IMG/VR virus record: IMGVR_UViG_3300025652_000068
Coordinates: 1-61,159 of that record
Reading direction: 5' to 3' (one strand)
DNA length: 61,159 nt
DNA from: a virus
Lineage: Duplodnaviria > Caudoviricetes
Shown piece after piece: positions 26,726 through 35,108 of this stretch. Position 1 is the first letter of the stretch, and each line of letters opens with the position of its first letter. The translations under genes and the position numbers were made by a program. The notes under the pieces are model-generated. The model saw only the letters and a program-made list of their open reading frames with translations, did not search any database and was not told where the DNA came from.

Positions 26726-26966
26726 TTTCTAACCTATCCCTGATAGCTTTTGTTTCTTTAATTAATTCTTCTATAGACACACTTTGTCGTCTGGCTATAG
26801 TTATAGCAAGATATTCATGATGACTTTTATTTCTTGTCATAGATTCTTTATAAAAAGCATGATACCACTCAAGCATTAATTCCAAGTTAGAAAAATACTT
26901 TAAAAACAAAGGATTTTCTTTAGTGGCTTTTTTAAATTCTTCACCTATATTTATATCATCCATCAT
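26715..26966 (-). CDS. Hypothetical protein
   Basis: Member of an overlapping small-gene operon. Confidence 0.55.
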   Translation of the reverse strand: MMDDINIGEEFKKATKENPLFLKYFSNLELMLEWYHAFYKESMTRNKSHHEYLAITIARRQSVSIEELIKETKAIRDRLENAD

Positions 26967-27150
26967 CTTCTTCCTCTTGTTGTTGTTGATCTAGTAGTTC
27001 TTGATGTGCCCAAATAGCATCTTCATGAAGTTCTAGTTCATCAGAAAGTTCATTTAAAGTTTGTTGACCACTTGCACTCATACGTTCAAGCTCCCAGTAC
27101 AAGTCGTCAACTAGTTTCCAAATCCTTGTCTTTTCTGGCTCAAGCATCAA
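26956..27150 (-). CDS. Hypothetical acidic protein
   Basis: Member of an overlapping small-gene operon. Confidence 0.55.
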   Translation of the reverse strand: MMLEPEKTRIWKLVDDLYWELERMSASGQQTLNELSDELELHEDAIWAHQELLDQQQQEEEDDG

Positions 27151-27346
27151 AGTTTTCCTCGCTTACAAAAAGCTCTAACTTGCCTACATAATTACCGTTT
27201 ATATCTAACAATCTATTTTTAATAGACTTGTCAAATTTTAAATTTGACATTGCTTTGTTTAAAATGCGTTGAACTTCTATATCATTTTCATCAAATGCTT
27301 CGTTCTCAGTAACCATTTTAAGACATAAAAATATTTCTTTTGACAT
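27140..27346 (-). CDS. Hypothetical protein
   Basis: SD GGAGA; first gene after the promoter at 27505-27533. Confidence 0.6.
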   Translation of the reverse strand: MSKEIFLCLKMVTENEAFDENDIEVQRILNKAMSNLKFDKSIKNRLLDINGNYVGKLELFVSEENFDA

Positions 27347-27498
27347 TATAAGTCTCCAATTATTTTAATTAATAAATATAAGGCCTCGTTTTTCGCATTT
27401 TCAGCTTAGGTGAGTCGCGGATCCGTTTATACGCTTTCACTCACTACCTTATATAATTTACTTTAATTAGCGGAATTCAAATCCACGCTCATCAAGTA

Positions 27499-28599
27499 TT
27501 ATCCATTATCTGATGTTTTATGGGAGATGTCAACAGAAATAATTGCGTGTCCTATAAACCACGCTATCTGTGGTACAATGGCGTTACCTAGTCCTTTGAT
27601 TCTTCCAACTCTACCTTTGTCCAGTTCATAGGAAATCCCATCAGGAACTCCACAAAGTTCGGATTGAGCTTGCCACCAGTTTTCTTCGGCAGTGAATTGG
27701 AAAGCATCTTCTGCTTCGCTGTATCCATGTTCTTCCAATCTGCTGCTTGAGGTGTCGGATACTGTTCCTGTCTCATCATCATGGTCGGTAGACTGTCCGA
27801 GTTGCGACTCATTGATGCTGGACTTAGCGTTGAGTCCTTGTAATCCCTCGCTGCTGGTGTTGGATACATCTTCTCCAGATGATGCACTGCATCCTTCAGC
27901 TTCACGCCATACCTCACGCCCTTCTTGTTCTTCCTGGAGAAACTGCCATTGTGGAGTTCGACATTCTTGACCACTCCCCCTTCCAGATCGCAGGCTCTCG
28001 GTGTCGGATACATTCTCATGGTTTCTGGGTCTACTTGCTCTCTGAGATTGCTCGGCTTGGTTCTGCCCTTGCTTTCTGGACTTCTTGGTGGCAAGTGATC
28101 CATTGTGTTCGGAGTAGCCAATAATCCAGAGCCTTTCCCTTTTGTGCCACGCACCAACGGATGAAGCTGGAATAATAAATGTCCTTGTGTCGTAACCTTC
28201 ACTCGCCAAGTCCTCGAGTACGGTGTCAAGACCAAGTTTAATGTGTCCACTAACGTTTTCTCCAACAAACCAAGTGGGCTTGCACTCTTGGACAATTCTA
28301 AAAGTGTCTGGCCAGAGGTGTCTTGGATCTTCTTCGCCTTTTTGTTTGCCTGCGACACTAAAAGGTTGACAGGGGTAGGAACAAGTGATGAGGTCAATGT
28401 CATCAACTCCTGTTGTTTCTTTGATATCTTCATAAGTTAACTCCTTCAAGTCATTAAATATTGGTATGTTTGGAAAATTTTTTTGCAATACTTGTTGCGG
28501 ATATTTGTCTATTTCACAAAAAGCTACCGTGTTAATACCAAGCTCACGAAAAGCTAATGCCCAACCACCAATACCTGAACACATATCAAGATGGTTCAT
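27499..28599 (-). CDS. DNA cytosine-5 methyltransferase, catalytic (alpha-like) polypeptide
   Basis: Motif I (D.CSGIGG), IV (PCQPFS), VI (ENV), VIII (H.RER) and X (GLGNAIVP); no motif IX in this frame. Confidence 0.9.
   Translation of the reverse strand: MNHLDMCSGIGGWALAFRELGINTVAFCEIDKYPQQVLQKNFPNIPIFNDLKELTYEDIKETTGVDDIDLITCSYPCQPFSVAGKQKGEEDPRHLWPDTFRIVQECKPTWFVGENVSGHIKLGLDTVLEDLASEGYDTRTFIIPASSVGAWHKRERLWIIGYSEHNGSLATKKSRKQGQNQAEQSQRASRPRNHENVSDTESLRSGRGSGQECRTPQWQFLQEEQEGREVWREAEGCSASSGEDVSNTSSEGLQGLNAKSSINESQLGQSTDHDDETGTVSDTSSSRLEEHGYSEAEDAFQFTAEENWWQAQSELCGVPDGISYELDKGRVGRIKGLGNAIVPQIAWFIGHAIISVDISHKTSDNG
27505..27533 (-). promoter_or_regulatory. Putative sigma70 promoter
   Basis: TTGACA-17bp-GATAAT; spacer contains TCTCCCAT. 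Confidence 0.6.
27588..28433 (-). CDS. Overlapping +1-frame methyltransferase beta-like polypeptide (putative TRDs plus motif IX)
   Basis: 281-aa nested ORF with four (P/A)TP.[A/T].D repeats and LNPNFVEFLMGFPMNWT (motif IX-like); start codon uncertain. Confidence 0.7.
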   Translation of the reverse strand: MKISKKQQELMTLTSSLVPTPVNLLVSQANKKAKKIQDTSGQTLLELSKSASPLGLLEKTLVDTLNLVLTPYSRTWRVKVTTQGHLLFQLHPLVRGTKGKGSGLLATPNTMDHLPPRSPESKGRTKPSNLREQVDPETMRMYPTPRACDLEGGVVKNVELHNGSFSRKNKKGVRYGVKLKDAVHHLEKMYPTPAARDYKDSTLSPASMSRNSDSLPTMMMRQEQYPTPQAADWKNMDTAKQKMLSNSLPKKTGGKLNPNFVEFLMGFPMNWTKVELEESKD

Positions 28600-30464
28600 A
28601 AAGCTTCTCCAAAATCTTTTCCTAATGCTACATCTACTAAACTAGGAACTTTTAATTTAATGCAGTTTTCCATTTTATCTTTAATAATTTTGACGTCATT
28701 ATCATCTTTAATGCTAAAACATAATTCATCATGTATTTGTAGCATAGGCAGATACCCTTCTTTGTAACAATCAACTACAGCTTGTTTGGTTTGATCAGCA
28801 GCACTACCTTGAATAAGACGATTAAGTGCTTTGTAAGTAAAAGCTCGTTTTATGTTGTCAGCGCCATATTTAGCTGAGGCATTATCAAATCGCTCTGCTG
28901 TGTGTATTCCAAAGTCTTTAGGCTCCCACATATCAAAACGACATTTTCTGCCTAATTTTGTGCGAATTACGCCCTCTGAAGACGCTTTCTTCATACATTT
29001 ATCTGATAAAGCTTTCACAAATGGAGCTTTAGTGTTGTATTTACCGATTAAATTGCTTGCTTCATCAGGATCTACCCCTAACATAGTGCCTAATTTATTC
29101 TTACCCATGCCATACATGAGCCCTAAACCAATAGTTTTAGCTTGTTTACGCTCTATACCAATCAAATCTGCTACTGTTTGATGAAAGTCAGCATCAGCAT
29201 TAGCATACGCTTCAACCAATTCTTGAGATCCTTCGTAACCTTCCCCGATAGATGCAGCATAGTGCACCACGAGTCGTGGTTCTTGTTGCGAATAGTCAAA
29301 GCTACCCCACTGGTGACCCTCTTCTGGTAAAAATAAACCCCTAATCAAAGGACCAAATTCTTTTGATCTAGCTGGCAGTTGCTGTAAGTTCGGATGAGAC
29401 ATGGATAGCCGACCACTTATCGTGCCACCTCGGTCGTTCTTGATCTGTCTAATCTCTGCATGAATACGACCCTTATGTTCAAATTTCATAATTGAGTTTA
29501 AAAAAGTATTATGAAACTTGTTGATCTCTCTTGCCTGGACAATGTACTTACTGATTTCTTCTTTACTGTTTATCAACCAGTTTTGCGTAAAACTTGGTTC
29601 GTCGGTCTTGGTTCGTGGATAGTCAATCCCTAATTTATCAAACGCATGACCAATTTGCCTTGCTGCCCAAATATCAATATCTTTACCCACTAATTTTTTA
29701 ATCTTGTTTAACAATGCTTTTTCTTGCTTCTTAAAATCTGTTTGCAAGATTGCACATTTTTCTGTATCCACACGAATACCTCTGGCTCTCATCTTAATTG
29801 TTATAGGTAATAATTCTTTCTCCAATTGCCAAATTGTTTCTAAGTTCTGGTTGTATAGTTCTGGCTTGAATCTTTGATACAATTGGAAAGTAAGTCGTGC
29901 ATCTTGTTCTGCATAAAACCCTACATGTTCTGCCGGTAACTTCCACATTTCACCTTTAGGATCTACTCCGTGCTGTTGTGCAGCTTCAACCAGTTCTGTT
30001 TCTGCTTTGAGCTCGCCTAAATATTCTTTAGATAAAGCATTTAAACTTTGACTAAAACGATTTTCATCTAACAGCGCACCGATGACCATAGTGTCTACAA
30101 TCTCACCTTTTACTTCTATACCCATAGCTCCTAACCAACCGACATCGTATTGCGCATTATGAAATATTTTAGTAGCAGGTAACGAACACACATCTTTCAT
30201 GTACTTAATAACCTGTTCTTTTATCAAATTACCACCGCCAAAGTGAGCAAAAGGAAAATAGCCTTGCCACCCTTCAACCGCAACAGCGAATCCAATAACC
30301 TCACCGTGGTTCGTGGCCCAACCCGCACCTAGACCTGCATTAATGCCTTCGTCTCTAGTTTCTAAATCTATTGCTATCTCGTCGTATTGTGATAGATCCT
30401 TGTATCCACTTGGTGCAGACCAAATATTCTTCTTAAAACTAAAAGTCATTTGTAAGTTAGACAT
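28596..30464 (-). CDS. polA: DNA polymerase family A with 3'-5' exonuclease (Leu762 type)
   Basis: DLET exo I, HNAQYD, DYSQQE motif A, KTIGLGLMYG motif B, IHDEL motif C. Confidence 0.92.
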   Translation of the reverse strand: MSNLQMTFSFKKNIWSAPSGYKDLSQYDEIAIDLETRDEGINAGLGAGWATNHGEVIGFAVAVEGWQGYFPFAHFGGGNLIKEQVIKYMKDVCSLPATKIFHNAQYDVGWLGAMGIEVKGEIVDTMVIGALLDENRFSQSLNALSKEYLGELKAETELVEAAQQHGVDPKGEMWKLPAEHVGFYAEQDARLTFQLYQRFKPELYNQNLETIWQLEKELLPITIKMRARGIRVDTEKCAILQTDFKKQEKALLNKIKKLVGKDIDIWAARQIGHAFDKLGIDYPRTKTDEPSFTQNWLINSKEEISKYIVQAREINKFHNTFLNSIMKFEHKGRIHAEIRQIKNDRGGTISGRLSMSHPNLQQLPARSKEFGPLIRGLFLPEEGHQWGSFDYSQQEPRLVVHYAASIGEGYEGSQELVEAYANADADFHQTVADLIGIERKQAKTIGLGLMYGMGKNKLGTMLGVDPDEASNLIGKYNTKAPFVKALSDKCMKKASSEGVIRTKLGRKCRFDMWEPKDFGIHTAERFDNASAKYGADNIKRAFTYKALNRLIQGSAADQTKQAVVDCYKEGYLPMLQIHDELCFSIKDDNDVKIIKDKMENCIKLKVPSLVDVALGKDFGEAL

Positions 30465-32073
30465 CCTCTTTCTCCTGTATATAGACAAAATAATCTTCCC
30501 CAATGGGATAATTATATCTGTAATCCGATGATAAAATATGCAAAGTATCTCTTGCCCTCGTAACTCCTGTATAAAAAACTCTCTTCTCATCAGACTGCTC
30601 TTCTATGTTTTTATGAGCATACGATGACGGATAATTTCCTTTTGAACATAACAACACATTGTTTGCTTCGCCTCCTTTAACAGAATGTATTGTGTCTATG
30701 ATGATGTCAGGTTCAGCATCTAAAGATGATTGACCATAACGCTGTAAAATTCTTTTAAAATATAAAACTTGTGGTTCTTTAAAATTTCTTTTTAAAATAT
30801 CAAACCAAGGTAGAAACTGTTCTTCTGGTTTTAAATCAAGACCACAAAAATCTACAAGATCCTCAAAAGATAATTCTGTGTAACTATCAGTTTTCAACCA
30901 AAACTTTTGTGTGCGAAAATCAGCATCTTTTAATTCTCTTATATATTTGTACATATGTTCTGCTTCTTTATTCGTAATAGTTTTTTTATTACTTAACTTA
31001 GTCCAAGTTTTAATTGCGTTCCATTGTCGTTTATCAAAAGACTTATTGCCTTTGTTATCGGAGTAATATAAACCTGAATTTTTAGCAAAACCTCTTAACT
31101 CATTCACCACTGTGTTAACTCTTCCAAGTATGTACCATGTGCCTGGTATTTCTCCAATTGGTATCTCATTAAAGTTTAAATATCTTTTTACAATCCCGTC
31201 TTTATCTTCGTGATCGTATTCTTTTTCAACGCTATCTAGTATACCATTTCTAATAACTTGTGAAAAATCATGTATTTCTTTACCAAACCTTCTAGTCTTT
31301 CTTAAAATAACTTTTCGACCTGGAAAATATGTTGTAAAGTATTTTGGATCTGCCCCGTTCCAACGATAGATACCTTGATCATCATCACCAGCTAAATAAA
31401 TACGATCTACATTATCAACTATTTTATAAATGACTGACCACTGCAATGGTGTAAAGTCTTGTGCTTCATCTAATATTAATACTTTTAATGGTGGAAAGTT
31501 GACTTCATCAATCGCCCTCATAATCATGTCAGTAAAATCTATAAAAGAATTTTTCTTGTAATGTTCATATGTTGCAATTTTTCTAAAATAAACATCTAAC
31601 GAATCTTTTTGATAAGACTCTAACTTCCAAACTAATTCTGGGTCAAGCATCATGTTGCGTGCTTTATCGTACACACCTAGTGACCAATCTTTATACATGT
31701 AGTTGTCATCAGCTAATCTTTCATCAGAACTTTTTATAATGTTAGCGTTCAAAGCATAATCCAACATACAGTTTTTAGGATCAAACACTTCTTCATCAAA
31801 ATATTGACGACAATACTTATGTAATGTTTTAAACCTAGCAAAATCTTCTACATTAAAATTTGGAAAAGCCTTGATCGCTCTTTCTACTGCTGTGTTTACA
31901 GCTTTGTTCGTAAAAGATATAAAAGCTATGTCACTGGGGTGAACACCTTTATTAAGATAACCCTTTAATACTCTCTCTATTAAAGTATAAGTTTTACCAG
32001 TCCCTGGAGGGCCAAAGATCTTAATAGTTTTTCTATGTAGATTTTTTGTTTTCTGGCTTTCTAAATTTGTCAT
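30457..32073 (-). CDS. UvrD/Rep-like SF1 helicase
   Basis: GPPGTGKT, DEAQD, GDDDQ, TIHSVKGGE and YTGVTRA motifs. Confidence 0.9.
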   Translation of the reverse strand: MTNLESQKTKNLHRKTIKIFGPPGTGKTYTLIERVLKGYLNKGVHPSDIAFISFTNKAVNTAVERAIKAFPNFNVEDFARFKTLHKYCRQYFDEEVFDPKNCMLDYALNANIIKSSDERLADDNYMYKDWSLGVYDKARNMMLDPELVWKLESYQKDSLDVYFRKIATYEHYKKNSFIDFTDMIMRAIDEVNFPPLKVLILDEAQDFTPLQWSVIYKIVDNVDRIYLAGDDDQGIYRWNGADPKYFTTYFPGRKVILRKTRRFGKEIHDFSQVIRNGILDSVEKEYDHEDKDGIVKRYLNFNEIPIGEIPGTWYILGRVNTVVNELRGFAKNSGLYYSDNKGNKSFDKRQWNAIKTWTKLSNKKTITNKEAEHMYKYIRELKDADFRTQKFWLKTDSYTELSFEDLVDFCGLDLKPEEQFLPWFDILKRNFKEPQVLYFKRILQRYGQSSLDAEPDIIIDTIHSVKGGEANNVLLCSKGNYPSSYAHKNIEEQSDEKRVFYTGVTRARDTLHILSSDYRYNYPIGEDYFVYIQEKEDV

Positions 32074-33625
32074 GATATTCTTCGTCCATTTCACTAATAG
32101 TGTCTTTAATCATTGGTTTTGCTTTTCTGTAACTTACAAACTCAGGCATCTCTACCGACCATATATTTCTTTTATCTGACTTAGGTACATCAGTATGTCC
32201 AGTTAAATAATCAGAATGAGAACAACCTAACATCTTTAATGCTTGTGATGCACTCTTGAATAGACCATTGTTCTTTTTAGCTAAAAACTTTTCTAATGTT
32301 TCTTTTTTGAAATAGCACATATTAGTTTTAGAATCTATAACAACATAGTTATCCTTTAACTTATCGAATTTATCTTGCTCTATATGTGCCTCAAAGAAAT
32401 CTTTGAGTAAACCATATTTCTTTTCTTCTACAGTATCTTGATACAGATGTCTTTTATCTTCTACTGCGCTTTCTACTAATCTTTGCATTAATAAGTCAAA
32501 TGGGTTTGGACCTTTTCTTGATGGCTTGAGTTCCATCCAATATATTTGTTCATAGGCAAGCCTAACTTTAAATGATTTTTGATCTTTTATATCTTCAGGT
32601 GTAACTGTAATGTCTTTACCTCTAAATTTAAAATTGTATTCCATAGTTTTAATGCCTTTGACAAAAGTAACTTCATCAAAGTCGTCTATTATTTCTGGCA
32701 CTGCTTCACCAATACCTAATCTTCTTTGTTGGCACAGTTCTTTATTACATATTGGTTGTAGTTCTGGATGTTTCGGTGGACATTGGTAATCGTAATTACC
32801 TTTATGTACAGACTTACATAAATTAATAACCTCGTTTTGACCTAAAGGTTTATTAAATATCTGACTGTTTCTTTGTATGCCAATGTCTTGAATCTGTTGT
32901 ACATTTAAAGAAGGGTTCTTCTTACCTTCTAAAACTAAAATGTTAAATAAATAATTATTTCTATTGTTGCCTGCCCAACCTTCTTGAATGAGTTTTTGAG
33001 CACATGGCGGGTAATGTCGCCACTCTGATTCAACATCATATTCCTGTACTTTATAGTTGTAAAAATCTTCAGGGGCTATCTTTTTCTCTTCAGCAAATTT
33101 TAAAAAACGACCAACTAATAGTGCTCTATTATTGTCATCATAAGCGTGTTCCATTGTTGCTTCTTGATCGTTGTAAGGCATGTTAAGCATTTTGTTACAT
33201 GGAAATACTTCTTGTGCTTGAAAATATTCATTGTTTATTTTAGATAAAACTTTTGAAACTTTTTTTGCATCCGCCCATTCTGTAAAAAATACAAAAATAT
33301 GTAATCCACCTGACTTTGACTTTACTGCAATCAAAGGTAGATTAAATTTCTTTATAATGTCTACATATTTTTTAGCTGAAAAAGATGTATAACTGTGAGG
33401 ATCAACATCAATACAGCCCCAAACGCACTTACCATCTAACTCTGGTTTTAAGCCTATGCGGATCTTGCCGTCTAGATGCTCTTGCCATAATTCAGGTGTC
33501 AGTGGTTCGTGGACCGTTTGATAGTCTGTACCTTTCTTACCCCTCTCATCGTCCTTGCCGGTAAGCAAGGACTTGAGGTAACGGGTGTTGTCACCCGCAA
33601 AAAGTGTAAACAATTTTTTGTGCAT
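32033..33625 (-). CDS. Primase (AEP-like) with Cys-containing C-terminal region
   Basis: CIDVD and SKSGGLH motifs; PPC...C...C...C cluster; located between SSB-like gene and helicase. Confidence 0.7.
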   Translation of the reverse strand: MHKKLFTLFAGDNTRYLKSLLTGKDDERGKKGTDYQTVHEPLTPELWQEHLDGKIRIGLKPELDGKCVWGCIDVDPHSYTSFSAKKYVDIIKKFNLPLIAVKSKSGGLHIFVFFTEWADAKKVSKVLSKINNEYFQAQEVFPCNKMLNMPYNDQEATMEHAYDDNNRALLVGRFLKFAEEKKIAPEDFYNYKVQEYDVESEWRHYPPCAQKLIQEGWAGNNRNNYLFNILVLEGKKNPSLNVQQIQDIGIQRNSQIFNKPLGQNEVINLCKSVHKGNYDYQCPPKHPELQPICNKELCQQRRLGIGEAVPEIIDDFDEVTFVKGIKTMEYNFKFRGKDITVTPEDIKDQKSFKVRLAYEQIYWMELKPSRKGPNPFDLLMQRLVESAVEDKRHLYQDTVEEKKYGLLKDFFEAHIEQDKFDKLKDNYVVIDSKTNMCYFKKETLEKFLAKKNNGLFKSASQALKMLGCSHSDYLTGHTDVPKSDKRNIWSVEMPEFVSYRKAKPMIKDTISEMDEEYHDKFRKPENKKST

Positions 33626-33628
33626 GAC

Positions 33629-34450
33629 TTAAAAAACGTCTGTTTCTTTATCTTCAATTAAAGCTACCGCTGTGCCTTCAGGGTTGCTTGAAGTCATGTC
33701 CCAATTTTGAAAATCTTCATATGCTTTTTTACCAGTCATATAAATTTCAACTTCTTTTGGGTTTTTTGAATCAATCACACGATCAAAGTCAACAGAAAAA
33801 TTAAAGTATAGATCACCGGCTTTTGATTTTTCTGCTTTTGAACCTAAATTGTATATTTGACCAAAACTTGCTGGTGTATATGTTCCAGAACCATCTGCTT
33901 TAGGTTGCTTCTGGTTTTTAATACAAGTGTTCCAAAATTTAGATACTTTTTTCTTAGATATTGCCATAGGAATTATAGCTTTTCCTACAAGATTGTAATC
34001 GTTATCTAGTAGCATAATAAAATGATTACCAGTATCTTCAATTACGCGATATTGATCCGATTTTAAAATATCTTTTGTACCTTGTTTTACAGTAAGGTGC
34101 ATAATATTTTCAGTGTGCACAATCGGCGCAGGTAGTTTAGATTCTGCTGGAGCTTCTCTAGTGCTCCATTCATTCCAAGTATTTGCATAATAGACTTGAA
34201 TAGCTTTAACACCATCCTCGCCTTTAAATACTTGACCTGTAGATTCAATATACAAATCGCCAGGTTCTGCGTTTGGAATATACTTTTCAGAACCTTTTTT
34301 AGTTTCGTCACTACTACTTTGTAGTAATTTCATGTAAGGAACTTTAAGATCAGAATTTTTTATTTCTTCTAATCCAGCTCCAGCATCATCTTCAAGATTG
34401 ATGACATTTGTACTTACTTTTGTTTCGTCTTTCTTTGCTATTTTACTCAT
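33629..34450 (-). CDS. Putative single-stranded DNA-binding protein
   Basis: DL.VP..KLLQ..S motif; acidic tail ending in F (ETDVF); replication operon. Confidence 0.6.
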   Translation of the reverse strand: MSKIAKKDETKVSTNVINLEDDAGAGLEEIKNSDLKVPYMKLLQSSSDETKKGSEKYIPNAEPGDLYIESTGQVFKGEDGVKAIQVYYANTWNEWSTREAPAESKLPAPIVHTENIMHLTVKQGTKDILKSDQYRVIEDTGNHFIMLLDNDYNLVGKAIIPMAISKKKVSKFWNTCIKNQKQPKADGSGTYTPASFGQIYNLGSKAEKSKAGDLYFNFSVDFDRVIDSKNPKEVEIYMTGKKAYEDFQNWDMTSSNPEGTAVALIEDKETDVF

Positions 34451-34452
34451 GG

Positions 34453-35034
34453 TTATTTCTCCGATAATATTAATTTAGTTTTCTTACATTGATAAACACC
34501 TAAAAGATCAAGATCCACTGAACGCCCATTACGAAATTCTTCTCGTACATAAGCACTCAATGTTTGTGTATTAACACCTTGCTTTTGTTTACAGTCAAAA
34601 TTTCTAGTTTGTAAATCTTCAACAAGGTTTTGTGCTTCAGTATCCTCGTTAGTATCAAAATCTACAGAAACTGTATTTTTAATCATGTGTCCAGCACCGT
34701 TATCACGAAGCCAATCTAACGCCTCTTCTTGATTAGATGCTTTGATTCTGGCTGTTATAAAATCAGTGACTTTAACACGAGCACCACCGTACTCTTCTGA
34801 ACATTTAAAGTCTTCCATTCCAGCCGCTTCCATTGCCTCAGGTATTGATATCTCAGAAAGTTCTCTTTCAAGTTTTTTCAGTTCCTTTGTTTCTTCTTCC
34901 AATCCTTGTATTTTTTTCTGAGTATCTGATAGCTTGTGACAAAGTTGTCCGATTGTATTAGTTTTTGATGGGTCTACATCTATACTAATATTTACGGAGT
35001 CTTTCTCTAAATCTATAGCCATAGAACTCTCCAT
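34453..35034 (-). CDS. Replication-module protein, unknown function
   Basis: Coiled coil, IPEAM, WLR..G...IK and TL.A.VRE motifs. Confidence 0.6.
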   Translation of the reverse strand: MESSMAIDLEKDSVNISIDVDPSKTNTIGQLCHKLSDTQKKIQGLEEETKELKKLERELSEISIPEAMEAAGMEDFKCSEEYGGARVKVTDFITARIKASNQEEALDWLRDNGAGHMIKNTVSVDFDTNEDTEAQNLVEDLQTRNFDCKQKQGVNTQTLSAYVREEFRNGRSVDLDLLGVYQCKKTKLILSEK

Positions 35035-35051
35035 TTAATTAATGAAATTAC

Positions 35052-35097
35052 AGAATAATAATTGTTACTTGTAATGTCAACTAAAAAATCATATTAT
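35052..35097. promoter_or_regulatory. Overlapping divergent sigma70 promoters (replication operon and SNF2 helicase)
   Basis: Minus: TTGACA(35080-35075)-17-TATTCT; plus: TTGTAA(35069-35074)-17-TATTAT; ATGGGAT adjacent. Confidence 0.6.
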
Positions 35098-35108
35098 ATG
35101 GGATAATT

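Noticed and set aside
27376-27498. tRNA or hammerhead ribozyme
   Set aside because: No cloverleaf or T-loop arm; the TGATGA lacks the complete CUGAUGA...GAAA core.
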